NCBI GenBank assembly: GCA_963782055.1
Contig: CAWAIF010000003.1
Span: forward strand, 3,872,001 to 3,936,000
DNA length: 64,000 nt
Reading direction: 5' to 3'
Source: an uncultured delta proteobacterium
GTDB taxonomy: Bacteria; Myxococcota_A; Polyangia; Polyangiales; Polyangiaceae
Of the stretch, positions 22,587-31,827 are shown in pieces. The notes beneath the pieces are model-generated. The model saw nothing but the letters and a program-made list of their open reading frames with translations, was not told where the DNA came from and ran no database searches. The position numbers and the translations under genes were made by a program. Each line of letters begins with the position of its first letter. The first letter of the stretch is position 1.

Positions 22587-22973
22587 ATGGCCCTGGAAGA
22601 CCGCCGCCGCCGCCGCAGCCCCGACCCCCTGGTCGCGCTGCACTACCAGCTCGCCCACACGCGCCACGAGGGTGCGCTCGACACAGTGGTCGTCGCCGAC
22701 GAGGCCGGGGTGGTGGTCGCGGGCGCCGGGTCGTGGGCCGCGTGCGAGGAGCTCGCCGCCTATGCCCCGCTGCTGGCGCGGGAGTCGGACCTCGGGTCCC
22801 GCGCCCAGGCGCTGCGCCCCCACGTCACCGTGCAGGCCGTCACCATCGGCTCGGACCAGCTCCTGCTCTGCGCGCGGGCCGCGCAGAGCACCGGGGAGCT
22901 CGGCTCCCTGCGCGACGCGGCGCTCGGGCGCGCGGTGCAGGGCGTGACGCGCATCCTCTCGGTCGCGGCCTAG
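22587..22973 (+). CDS. Small hypothetical protein, possible roadblock/LC7-like fold
   Basis: VVVADEAGVVVAG pattern resembles roadblock beta strands; 128 aa. Confidence 0.55.
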   Translation: MALEDRRRRRSPDPLVALHYQLAHTRHEGALDTVVVADEAGVVVAGAGSWAACEELAAYAPLLARESDLGSRAQALRPHVTVQAVTIGSDQLLLCARAAQSTGELGSLRDAALGRAVQGVTRILSVAA

Positions 22974-23193
22974 ACGTCAGCCCGCGCACGCGCCACGCCC
23001 CCTCGCCGTCAACGCGCGCACTCGCCCCCCCCGAAAAGACGCAGCGATACCGGACCTTTCGCGCCCTGCTGGACGGGGGCAGCGGAGCGCTTCTTGCTTG
23101 GCGCGGCGCGAGGCCGCGGGCGACGCGATTGGGACTGGTCGCGGACACCCGGGTGCGTGCAGAGTCGAAGGACGCGGGGGCGCGGAGGAATAC

Positions 23194-24468
23194 GTGAAAA
23201 CCCTGACCATCGGATTCTTGGCTTCGCTGCTCGTGGCGGGCGGCAGCATCGCGGCGTGTGGCGGATCGACCAGCGACAACCCGCCGGCGCCTGACGCCGG
23301 CACGACGGACGACGCGAGCGTCGACGCCGTCGACGACACCTTCGACGCGGGCGATCCGATCGACCCCAACTACCCCGCCGACCACACCGCCATCCCCCTG
23401 GTCGACTACAACGGAGGGCGCGTGCTCTCCGCCGTGAAGGTGGTCACCGTCACCTTCACCAACGACGACACGCAGATGGTCAGCGACCTGCAGAAGTTCG
23501 GCGACACCATCACATCCACCCCGTGGTGGACCGCGGTCAGCGCGGAGTACTGCGCGCAGCCGAACAACAAGCCGTGCATCGGCCCGGGCACCGCCGGGGG
23601 GCACGTGGAGGTGAGCGACACGCCGTCGGCGACCTACACCGACTCGTCGCAGGGCGGCGCGTCCACCATCCAGGACTTCATCAAGGCCAAGGTCGCCGAC
23701 AGCACCTTCCCCGCCCCCACCGACCAGACGCTCTACGCCATCTACTTCCCCACGAACGTCACCATCGACCTGGACGGCGCGCAGAGCTGCGGCAACGGCG
23801 GCTTCGGCGCCTACCACAACACCCTCATGCTGCCCGACGCCGACGGCGGCAGCATCCCGGTGGCGTACGCCATCATCCCGCGCTGCGGGAGCGAGAAGAC
23901 GACCACGGTGTCCGCCAGCCACGAGTTCATCGAGGCGGCGACGGACCCGGACGTCGGGCTCAACAGCCTCGGCTACTACATGGGCAACCAGCTCTGGGCG
24001 TTCGCCGGCGGGGAGGTGGGCGACCTCTGCGTCGACTTCACCGGCGGCAACGACACCTACGTCGAGAGCACCTTCACCGTGCAGCGGTCGTGGTCCAACG
24101 CGAGCGCCAAGGCCAGCCACGACCCCTGCGTGCCAATCCCGCAGGGCGAGGTGTACTTCAACTCCGCGCCGCGCAAAGAGACCATCATCCTGAAGAAGGT
24201 GGGAGACAAGGCGGTCGTCGACATCGACGCCTTCTCCGACGGGCCGACCTCCAACTGGAGCCTCTCGGCGGTGGACTTCGCCCAGTTCCAGGGCGGGAGC
24301 GCCGACGTCAGCTTCGCCTTCGACAAGACGAGCGTGAACAACGGCTCGCACGCGCAGCTCACCGTCACCCTCACCAAGGTGCCGGCGCAGGGACAGGACT
24401 TGTTCGGCATCGTGTCCAAGTCGGGACAGACCACCCGCTTCTGGCCGGTCCTGGTCATCTCGCAATAA
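23194..24468 (+). CDS. Lipoprotein with HExxE-xxxDP / GEVGDLC motifs (Phi-1/EXORDIUM-like)
   Basis: GGAGG RBS before GTG, lipobox IAAC, GAYH, SHEFIEAATDP, GEVGDLC. Confidence 0.75.
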   Translation: MKTLTIGFLASLLVAGGSIAACGGSTSDNPPAPDAGTTDDASVDAVDDTFDAGDPIDPNYPADHTAIPLVDYNGGRVLSAVKVVTVTFTNDDTQMVSDLQKFGDTITSTPWWTAVSAEYCAQPNNKPCIGPGTAGGHVEVSDTPSATYTDSSQGGASTIQDFIKAKVADSTFPAPTDQTLYAIYFPTNVTIDLDGAQSCGNGGFGAYHNTLMLPDADGGSIPVAYAIIPRCGSEKTTTVSASHEFIEAATDPDVGLNSLGYYMGNQLWAFAGGEVGDLCVDFTGGNDTYVESTFTVQRSWSNASAKASHDPCVPIPQGEVYFNSAPRKETIILKKVGDKAVVDIDAFSDGPTSNWSLSAVDFAQFQGGSADVSFAFDKTSVNNGSHAQLTVTLTKVPAQGQDLFGIVSKSGQTTRFWPVLVISQ

Positions 24469-24510
24469 GAGGTGGAGGAAGCTCCCCCGTGACCCCGGGC
24501 AAGGTCTAAG

Positions 24511-26559
24511 ATGCCCGCTCGGGGCATGGACACCGACTCCAGCACCACCGTGGCGTGCGAGCACGCCGACCGCTGCGGCGGATGCCCCGTCATCGGCTTG
24601 CCCTACACCGACCAGCTCGGCCTCAAGCGCGGTCGGGTCGTGCAGGCGCTCGGACGCTACCCCGCGCTCGACCTGGTCTACACCGAGCCGCTCCTCGCCG
24701 CGGAGCCGGTGGTCAGCTACCGCACCCGCGCCAAGCTGATGGTCGGCCGCGGCGGTGACGTCGGCCTCTACGCCCGGGGCGGCGGGCACCAGGTCGTCGA
24801 CATCCCCCGCTGCCGTGTGCTCTCCCCGCTCCTCTCGCGGCTGGCGGAGAGCCTGCGCGCGCGCATCCGGCAGCAGGAGGAGGACGGCGGCGCGCTCGGT
24901 CCCTTCGACGGGCAGCGCGGCGGCACGCTGCGCGCGGTGGACCTGCGTGAGGTGCGCGAGGGCGCTCACGCCAAGCCGCGCGCCCTGCTGACGCTGGTGG
25001 TGCAGCGGACGGAGGACCCGCGCATCGACGCCCTGCGCGAGGCGGCGGAGGCGCTGCGCCGCGACCACTCGGAGATCGCCGGCGTCGCGGTCAACTTCCA
25101 CGTGGGTGACACCCCGCAGGTGCTCGGCCCGCAGACGGTCCACCTCGCCGGCGTGGACGCCGCGGCCGACGCCATGGGCGCGTCGGTGCACCTGGCGACG
25201 TTCGGCTCCTTCGTCCAGGCGCACCGCGCGCAGGCGCGCCGCGTGCACGACATACTGCTCGCCGGGCTGGGCCTGGAGGGCGAGGAGAGCGCCGACCGCC
25301 CGCGGCGTGTCCTCGATCTCTACGGCGGGTCCGGGGCCATCGCTCTCGCCCTCGCGAAGGCGGGCGCGGAGGTCACCCTCGTCGAGGCCTTCGGCCCCGC
25401 GGCCGAGCTCGCGGCGCGGGCGGCCGAGCAGCAGCATCTCTCCGTCCGCGCGATCCACGCCGACACCGCCAGCGCGCTGCGCGGCCTGCGGCGCGACGGA
25501 CAGTCCTTCGACGCCATCGTCGTCAACCCGCCGAGGCGCGGGACCAGCCCGGCGGCGCGCGAGCTCATGGCACGGCTGGAGGCGACCACCATCGCCTATG
25601 TGTCGTGCGACCCGGAGACGCTCGCCCGCGACCTCGACCACCTCTCGCGCATGGGGTACCGGGCGGCGCGCCTTCAGCCGCTGGACATGATCCCCCTCAC
25701 CGACGAGGTGGAGACCGTGGCCCTGCTGCACCGGGCGCCGCCCCCGCGGCCCCACGTCGCCTTCGAGGACGAGACGGTCCTGCTCGTGGCGAAGTCGCCG
25801 CACGAGCCGACGTCACCGCAGGGCGACGAGGCCTCCTCCCTCACCGCGCGCGTGCGGCAGATCCCCGGCGCCGAGGAGGCGGTCCCGGTGCACGGGCTGG
25901 ACCCCGGCGCGAGCGGCCTGGTCCTTTACGCGCGCCGCCCGGATTTCGTCGCCCCCTGGCGCGGGGCGCTGGCCGCGGAGTCCTCCCGTCGCATCTACCT
26001 CGCCGCGGTGCGCGGCGTCACCGCCAGCAAGGGCACCGTCTCGCGCGACCTGCGCGAGGACGGACGCGTGCACTCTGCACGCACGCGCTACCGCCGCCTG
26101 GCCGTCATCGGCGGTCACTGCGTGCTTCGCGTCGTGCCCGACCAGGACCGCACCCACCAGATCCGCCGCCACCTCGCCGCCGTCGGCCACCCGGTGCTCG
26201 GCGACGACCGCTACGGCCACGGCCCCACCAACCGCTACTTCGACGAGAAGCACGGCCTGGACCGGACCTTCGTCCACTGCGTTCGCATGGAGGTGGAGCA
26301 CCCGCTCACGGGGGAGCGCATGGTGGTCGAGTCGCCGCTCCCGGGCGACCTGCGTCTGGTGCTGGAGCGAACCAGCGGCCCGGGGACGCTGCGCTTCTTG
26401 GATCACAAGCACGCGCTCGGCACCGGCGGCGTCTCCAGCGTGCCACCCGAGCCGGACTCCGGGCACGCCCGCGGAAGCGCGCTGGACGTGGACGGCGCGC
26501 CGGTCACCGTCCGGCCGGAGATCGTCGGCGACGACGACGCCGGCCCGCGCGAGGCCTAG
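24511..26559 (+). CDS. Fusion of RlmD/RlmC-type RNA m5U methyltransferase and RluA-family pseudouridine synthase domain
   Basis: CEHADRCGGC, YRTRAKL, SFVQ, NPPRRG, YVSCDPETLARD; then HGLD..SGL, RTHQIRRHL..GHPVLGDDRYG. Confidence 0.85.
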   Translation: MPARGMDTDSSTTVACEHADRCGGCPVIGLPYTDQLGLKRGRVVQALGRYPALDLVYTEPLLAAEPVVSYRTRAKLMVGRGGDVGLYARGGGHQVVDIPRCRVLSPLLSRLAESLRARIRQQEEDGGALGPFDGQRGGTLRAVDLREVREGAHAKPRALLTLVVQRTEDPRIDALREAAEALRRDHSEIAGVAVNFHVGDTPQVLGPQTVHLAGVDAAADAMGASVHLATFGSFVQAHRAQARRVHDILLAGLGLEGEESADRPRRVLDLYGGSGAIALALAKAGAEVTLVEAFGPAAELAARAAEQQHLSVRAIHADTASALRGLRRDGQSFDAIVVNPPRRGTSPAARELMARLEATTIAYVSCDPETLARDLDHLSRMGYRAARLQPLDMIPLTDEVETVALLHRAPPPRPHVAFEDETVLLVAKSPHEPTSPQGDEASSLTARVRQIPGAEEAVPVHGLDPGASGLVLYARRPDFVAPWRGALAAESSRRIYLAAVRGVTASKGTVSRDLREDGRVHSARTRYRRLAVIGGHCVLRVVPDQDRTHQIRRHLAAVGHPVLGDDRYGHGPTNRYFDEKHGLDRTFVHCVRMEVEHPLTGERMVVESPLPGDLRLVLERTSGPGTLRFLDHKHALGTGGVSSVPPEPDSGHARGSALDVDGAPVTVRPEIVGDDDAGPREA

Positions 26560-26804
26560 CCGTCCTCCGGGCCGAGCATGCCGTCCAGCTCGGCGGCGAG
26601 CTCCCGCGCGAGGGCGTCCAGCTCGCGTTCGCGGTCGGCCGGCGCGGCGAGCACCACGTTCCCGCCCGCCTCGGCGAAGACCTGCGCGAGGCCGTCGTGC
26701 GCCTCCACCACGCCCTTGAGCAGCACGACGTCGCGGGCGCGCACGACGAGCCGCCGCGTCACCATCCCCTCCCCCACCATCGGCGGTACGCTCCTTCGCG
26801 CCAT
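26556..26804 (-). CDS. Small protein, DUF4911-like
   Basis: RDVVLLKGVVEAHDGLA pattern; start overlaps the SDR stop. Confidence 0.6.
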   Translation of the reverse strand: MARRSVPPMVGEGMVTRRLVVRARDVVLLKGVVEAHDGLAQVFAEAGGNVVLAAPADRERELDALARELAAELDGMLGPEDG

Positions 26805-27916
26805 CAGCCGAGGGGGTCGTGCACGTCCGCCTCGCGGCGTCGCTGCCGGTCGCGCAGGCGGGCCTCCACGTGCAGCACGAGCTGGTCGACGTAGCTCTCG
26901 AAGGGCGGGCACGCGATGCCGGTGTCGGCGAGCAGCTCCGCGGCGTTGCGCGCGTCGTAGGTGACGGGCGTGGCCAGCGCCTCCAGGAAGGCGCGCGGGC
27001 TCTTGGCGATGCGCTCCAGGCCGGGCGCGCGCAGCAGCGCCTTGGTCAGGTTGGCGGGGATGAAGCCCTTGGCGAGCCGTCGTCCTCCCGCGCGCGCCAC
27101 CAGCTCGAACACCCGCCGCGCCGACAGGGGCGCGGGGTCCACCAGGTGGAAGGTCCGCCCGACGGCGCGCGGGTCGCGCCCGATGGCGAGGGCCGCGCGC
27201 GTGACGTAGTCGATGGGCACCATGTTCAGCGGTACGTCCCCCTTGCCCGGCAACGGCAGGGCGAAGTCGGGCGGGGACGCGAGCATCAGCAGGATGAGCA
27301 GGTAGGGGCCGTCCAGCCGGTCCACCTCCCCGCTCTGCGAGTCCCCCACCACGATGCCCGGCCTCAGCACCGCGATGGGCAGCGTGGGCATGGCCTGGCG
27401 CATCATGCGCTCGGCCCGCGCGAGGGTCTCCTCCACGACGTTGCGGAAGCCCTGCCCGGCGTCCAGCTCCTGTTCGTGGACGATGCCGGTGCGGTCGCCG
27501 GAGACCGACGCGGAGGAGTGGACGACCAGGCAGCGCAGGTTGGGGCAGAGCTCGGCGACCTCCAGGACCTCGCGCGCGGCGCCGACGTTGACGTGCTCGG
27601 CCGTCTCGCGGTCGACGCCCAGGTAGTTGACCTGGACGCAGTGGTGGATGCGGTCCACCTGCGGGCCGAGGGCGCGGAGCTCGGCGCCGGACAGGCCCAT
27701 GTCCATCGCCGCGGCGTCCCCCTCGAGCAGCACCACGCGCCGGCGCTCGTCGAGCGTGAGGGCATCGAGCGCCGCGCGCGCGTCGTCGGCGAACTTGGGG
27801 TGGACCACCGCGTGGACGAGCGTGTTGTCCTTCACCAGCTCGGCACACATGCGCCGCGCGCGGAAGGACGGGAAGCCCGTCAGCAGCACGACCTCGTCGT
27901 AGCCCGCGCGCGGCAT
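26804..27916 (-). CDS. Extended SDR / thioester-reductase-like protein with degenerate active site
   Basis: LLTGFPSF, EGD..MDMGLS, NVGAAR, LRPGIVVGDS, VPIDYV. Confidence 0.8.
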   Translation of the reverse strand: MPRAGYDEVVLLTGFPSFRARRMCAELVKDNTLVHAVVHPKFADDARAALDALTLDERRRVVLLEGDAAAMDMGLSGAELRALGPQVDRIHHCVQVNYLGVDRETAEHVNVGAAREVLEVAELCPNLRCLVVHSSASVSGDRTGIVHEQELDAGQGFRNVVEETLARAERMMRQAMPTLPIAVLRPGIVVGDSQSGEVDRLDGPYLLILLMLASPPDFALPLPGKGDVPLNMVPIDYVTRAALAIGRDPRAVGRTFHLVDPAPLSARRVFELVARAGGRRLAKGFIPANLTKALLRAPGLERIAKSPRAFLEALATPVTYDARNAAELLADTGIACPPFESYVDQLVLHVEARLRDRQRRREADVHDPLG

Positions 27917-28007
27917 GCCTCAGCCGGGCGTCCGCGTGGGTGAGGCCGGCGCGCGCCGCCCCGGCGACCTGCCCTGGGGGGGACGCGAAGGATTCATCTT
28001 CATCCTC

Positions 28008-29507
28008 TCAGTGACAGTAGTGCGCGCCGACGCCGGCGAGCCACGAACCGTAGTTGCCCTGGTACTGGAACGGGTTGCAGAAGCTCGCCTGGTTGACGAG
28101 CGGCTGCAGCACGCACTGCGTACCGGTGAAGTAGTTCTGGCACTGGCCATTGCCCTGCCGGACCTGCGTGCGGCACGTCTCGACCGAGTTGGCCGGGCAC
28201 GGGTTGCAGCTGGAGACCTCGCAGTCGACCGCGCAGCCGGTGGCGTGGTTGCAGTTGTTGGTGACGTAGGGGCTGACGCAGTTGTAGACGCCGGCGGCGT
28301 CCTGCAGGTTGTACTGGAAGGGCGCCAGGCACTTCGCGCACGTCGGGTTCGTCTGGGCGATCGTCTTGAAGTACTGCTGGCAGGAGAAGCTCTGGTAGCC
28401 GCCGGTGCAGCCGGACTTGGCGTCCTGCAGGTCGGCCACCGAGCACGAGTTGCTCTGGACCGTCAGCACGGGGGTGCTGACGTTCCCCCCGCAGCCGCCG
28501 TAGGCGGTGGGGCAGGAGTTCTGCGGGTTGCACTTGCGGGGGAGCTGCTGGGTGTTGCAGGTCGTCTGCGTCTGCGTGCAGTCGGCGCACGACGCGCCAC
28601 CGGAGCCGCACCGGTTGCTGGTGAAGCCGGCGTAGCAGACCTGGTTCTGGTCGCAGCAGCCGGCGCACGTCTGGGCGTTGCACTGCGGCGTGCAGACGCC
28701 GCCGGAGCAGACGTCGCTCTTCTGCGTGCAGTCCTGGCACTGCGCCCCCTTGACGCCGCACGCCGCGTCGACGTTGCCCGCCATGCACACGTCCCCGGCG
28801 CAGCAGCCGTTGCAGTTGGTGGAGTCGCACTTGGGCGGCTGGACCGTGCACTGGCCCGACTGCGCGTCGCAGCTCGCGTTCTGCGCAGCGCAGTCGGCGC
28901 ACGCGAGGCCGCCGGTTCCGCAGGCCTTCACGTCGGTGCCGGGGACGCAGGTGTCGCCCTCGCAGCAGCCCTTGCACGTGTTGGGTCCGCACGGCTGCTT
29001 CACGCAGGAGTGCGAGCCCCAGTCACACGTCTCGCCGCTGCCGGTGCAGTCCTGACACTTCTGCCCGCCGCTGCCGCAGGCGATCGACGAGGTGCCGGTG
29101 ACGCACACCTCCTGGTTCTGGAAGAGGAGGCAGCAGCCCGTCGGGCAGTTGACCGCGCTGCAGCTCGGCTGCTGCGTGGCGCACTGGTGGAGCGTGGGGT
29201 CGCAGTAGTCGAAGCCCTGCGAGGCGCAGTCGGAGCAGCTCTGCCCGCCGGTGCCGCACGTATCCAGCTTGTCGCCCGGCTGGCAGGTGCCGGTGGCGTC
29301 GCAGCAGCCATCGGGGCAGTTGCCCGCGTTGCAGTTGCCCGGCGGCGCATCGGGGTTGACGTCCATCTGCACGTCCGACTGCACATCCGGACCGCCGTCC
29401 GCGTAGTAGTAGCGGGCGTCGATGTCGGTGCGGCCGCAGCCGGCGAAGACGATGAGCGCCGCGGCGGCGGGCACGGCGAGGATGCGCAAGAAGAGTCGGG
29501 CGTCCAT
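28008..29507 (-). CDS. Cys-rich repeat lipoprotein
   Basis: Lipobox FAGC; five repeats of C-x-C-GCC-C-CG-x2-G-x2-C-x2-C-C-C. Confidence 0.85.
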   Translation of the reverse strand: MDARLFLRILAVPAAAALIVFAGCGRTDIDARYYYADGGPDVQSDVQMDVNPDAPPGNCNAGNCPDGCCDATGTCQPGDKLDTCGTGGQSCSDCASQGFDYCDPTLHQCATQQPSCSAVNCPTGCCLLFQNQEVCVTGTSSIACGSGGQKCQDCTGSGETCDWGSHSCVKQPCGPNTCKGCCEGDTCVPGTDVKACGTGGLACADCAAQNASCDAQSGQCTVQPPKCDSTNCNGCCAGDVCMAGNVDAACGVKGAQCQDCTQKSDVCSGGVCTPQCNAQTCAGCCDQNQVCYAGFTSNRCGSGGASCADCTQTQTTCNTQQLPRKCNPQNSCPTAYGGCGGNVSTPVLTVQSNSCSVADLQDAKSGCTGGYQSFSCQQYFKTIAQTNPTCAKCLAPFQYNLQDAAGVYNCVSPYVTNNCNHATGCAVDCEVSSCNPCPANSVETCRTQVRQGNGQCQNYFTGTQCVLQPLVNQASFCNPFQYQGNYGSWLAGVGAHYCH

Positions 29508-29569
29508 GAGTCCCCTTATGGAAGTACGTACCGAGTTGTACCCGACTTGCGGCCGTTCGGCCAAACGGG

Positions 29570-29860
29570 TCACCCGCGCAAGCGCCTGGCACCGAAGGCG
29601 GCGAGCAGCAGCATGGCGAGCGCCAAGACGATCGCGGCCCCCTCCGGCCAGTCGAGCGCGTGCCCGCCGACGAAGCCGAGGGCGACGCCCCCCACCCCGG
29701 CCGCGATCGCCCACCCCACCACGCCGCTCAGCGATCGCCCCACAAAGCGGCCGGTCGCCGCGGGAATCACGCACAAGGCGCTGACCAGCACCGCCCCGGC
29801 GAGCCGGATGGAGGCGACCACCACCGCGGCAAGAAGCGCCAGCAGGGCGCTCTGTAGACT
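29570..29860 (-). pseudogene. 5'-truncated metal ABC transporter permease (ZnuB/MntB, ABC-3) fragment
   Basis: LLALLAAVVVASIRLAGAVLVSALCVIPAATGR..LDWPEGAAIVL resembles the ABC-3 C-terminus; in-frame stop at ~29927, N-terminal part missing. Confidence 0.65.
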
Positions 29861-29929
29861 CGGGATGGAAGGTGGACTGCGTGAGCAGGCCGCGCTGAAA
29901 GCCGGGGAGCGCGAGCTAGCGCAGGCTCA

Positions 29930-31630
29930 TCAGAGCGCACCGTCGACGAGCTGGCGAAGCAGCACGCCGGCCACGTCCAGCCAGACGACCCCGTCGTCGC
30001 CGCGCTTGCCGAAGGCGAGGAGGCCGACGTCGCTGCGCGGCGAGAGGCTCGCCCGGAGCGGGCGCGCCACCACGGCGAAGCTCGCGTTCCCGCCGAGCCG
30101 CGCGAGCGCCGCCTTGGCCTTGGCGTCGTCCCCCAGCGCGTGGAGCGGCGCGGCGGCCGACGCGACGAGCGCGTTGGAGTCGTCCCCGGCCCCGACGAAG
30201 AGCTCGCCCGGCTTGCTCGCCCAGGTCACGTGACCCAGCGTCCCCTGGACGGGGGAGCCCGCGACAGCCGCGGTGACCACCCGCCACGTCTCGCCCTTGC
30301 CCGCGGCGCCGAAGTCGTGCGCCGCCGCCTCGATGCGCGTGACGTCCGCCGCACCGCGCAGCAGCTTGGCCGACGCCGGGCGGCGGGCGAAGGCCAGCAG
30401 GTCGCGCGGCCACCTCGCCGCGGCGGCGTCGTCGCTCGTCGCCGTGCGCAGCGCGACGCCGTGGCTGGCGCCCCACGACAGCGAGACGGCCGACCAGTCG
30501 CCACGCGCGTGGGCCTGCGCGGCGAAGAGCGCGCCGAGCGCCTCCCCGTCGGCCGCGGGCAGCCGCGCGCCGAGCGTGGCGCGGACGGCGCCGGCCAGCT
30601 CGCGCGCCGTCTCCTGGCGCTCCTTCGCGTCGGTGTGCCACGCCACGCAGGCGATCGCGTCCGCGGAGCACCCGGCGAGCGCCGCGGTGTCGCCCGTGTG
30701 CACGGAGGAGAGCAGCGCGCGGGCGGGGCCGTCGTGGCTGACGGTGAAGTCCACCTCCGCGCCGATACCGTCGGGCCGCACGTCCGCCGTGAGGTCGGCG
30801 GCGTCGGCGTCGCCGAGCGCGTCCACCCATCGCTTCGCCAGCCCGTCCAGCCCGGCGACCACCTGCTTCGGGTCGCCGAAGTCCGGCTCCCGCCCCTGGT
30901 GCGCGCGACGCGCGCGCTCGTCCTGCGCGAGCAGCGACGTGCGCTCGTCGTCCCACTCTCGCGCGAGCCACGCCCGGAGCGGACCGGAGAGCGCCGCGCG
31001 CGACGCGTGCCCGGCGACCGCGCTCTTCGGCAGCGGCAGGGTGGGGAGCGTCCGGTAGGCGTACGGCCCGAAGCGCCCGAGCTCCTCGCGCGAGCTCGCC
31101 ACGAGGACGAACCCGCCGCGCGCGAGGCCCACCACGCCGGCGCCCGGCTGGCCCTTCGCCTCCAGGACCTCGATGCCCTGCTCGCTCCCGCCCGCCGTCC
31201 GCGGCGCGTCCTCCCGCTCGAGGAGGGCGTCGCGCGCGCGCGCCGGATCGCGCAGGTGCATGGCGACGACGGCGTGGGGCGCACCACCGTCCACGCCGGA
31301 CGAGAGCACCACGTAGGCGGGCTGCCCGCCGTCCACCAGCTCGGCGAGGGCCGACTCGCCCAGCACCGAGCCCACCACCCCGCCGAACGTGGGAGAGAGC
31401 AGGGAGAGCGGCCCACCCACCGCCGCCTGAACCGCCTTCCACGTCGCGTCCGGCGCGGGCACCACCACCTCGCCCATCACCCCCGCGGGCTCCGGCACCG
31501 CCGGCTCCGCCGCCGTCAGCCCGGCGCCGCCGGAGGGCTCCTCGTCGCCGCACCCGCTGCATCCATCGCAGCCGGGGCCGAGGGCGAGCGCGCCGGCGAG
31601 TCCCAGGATGATGACAATCGAACGCCGCAA
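29930..31630 (-). CDS. Hypothetical lipoprotein
   Basis: TTG start after GGAGGGG; MRRSIVIILGLAGALALGPGC signal; long ORF. Confidence 0.6.
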   Translation of the reverse strand: MRRSIVIILGLAGALALGPGCDGCSGCGDEEPSGGAGLTAAEPAVPEPAGVMGEVVVPAPDATWKAVQAAVGGPLSLLSPTFGGVVGSVLGESALAELVDGGQPAYVVLSSGVDGGAPHAVVAMHLRDPARARDALLEREDAPRTAGGSEQGIEVLEAKGQPGAGVVGLARGGFVLVASSREELGRFGPYAYRTLPTLPLPKSAVAGHASRAALSGPLRAWLAREWDDERTSLLAQDERARRAHQGREPDFGDPKQVVAGLDGLAKRWVDALGDADAADLTADVRPDGIGAEVDFTVSHDGPARALLSSVHTGDTAALAGCSADAIACVAWHTDAKERQETARELAGAVRATLGARLPAADGEALGALFAAQAHARGDWSAVSLSWGASHGVALRTATSDDAAAARWPRDLLAFARRPASAKLLRGAADVTRIEAAAHDFGAAGKGETWRVVTAAVAGSPVQGTLGHVTWASKPGELFVGAGDDSNALVASAAAPLHALGDDAKAKAALARLGGNASFAVVARPLRASLSPRSDVGLLAFGKRGDDGVVWLDVAGVLLRQLVDGAL

Positions 31631-31827
31631 CTCGCGCCCCTCCACCCCCGCATCCAGAAGCGCTTCGACTCCTATCAGGCCCGGCCCCGAGCCGCAGCCT
31701 GCTTTTCTCCCGAGCCCGGCTGTGAGCCCCCCCAAAACGCGCTTGTCGCCGCGCGTTTGGTGCTAAGGTGCCCCCTCGGTGCGCGGGCCACGCCACGCGC
31801 CCGGCTTGGCACTGGAGACCGCGGCTG

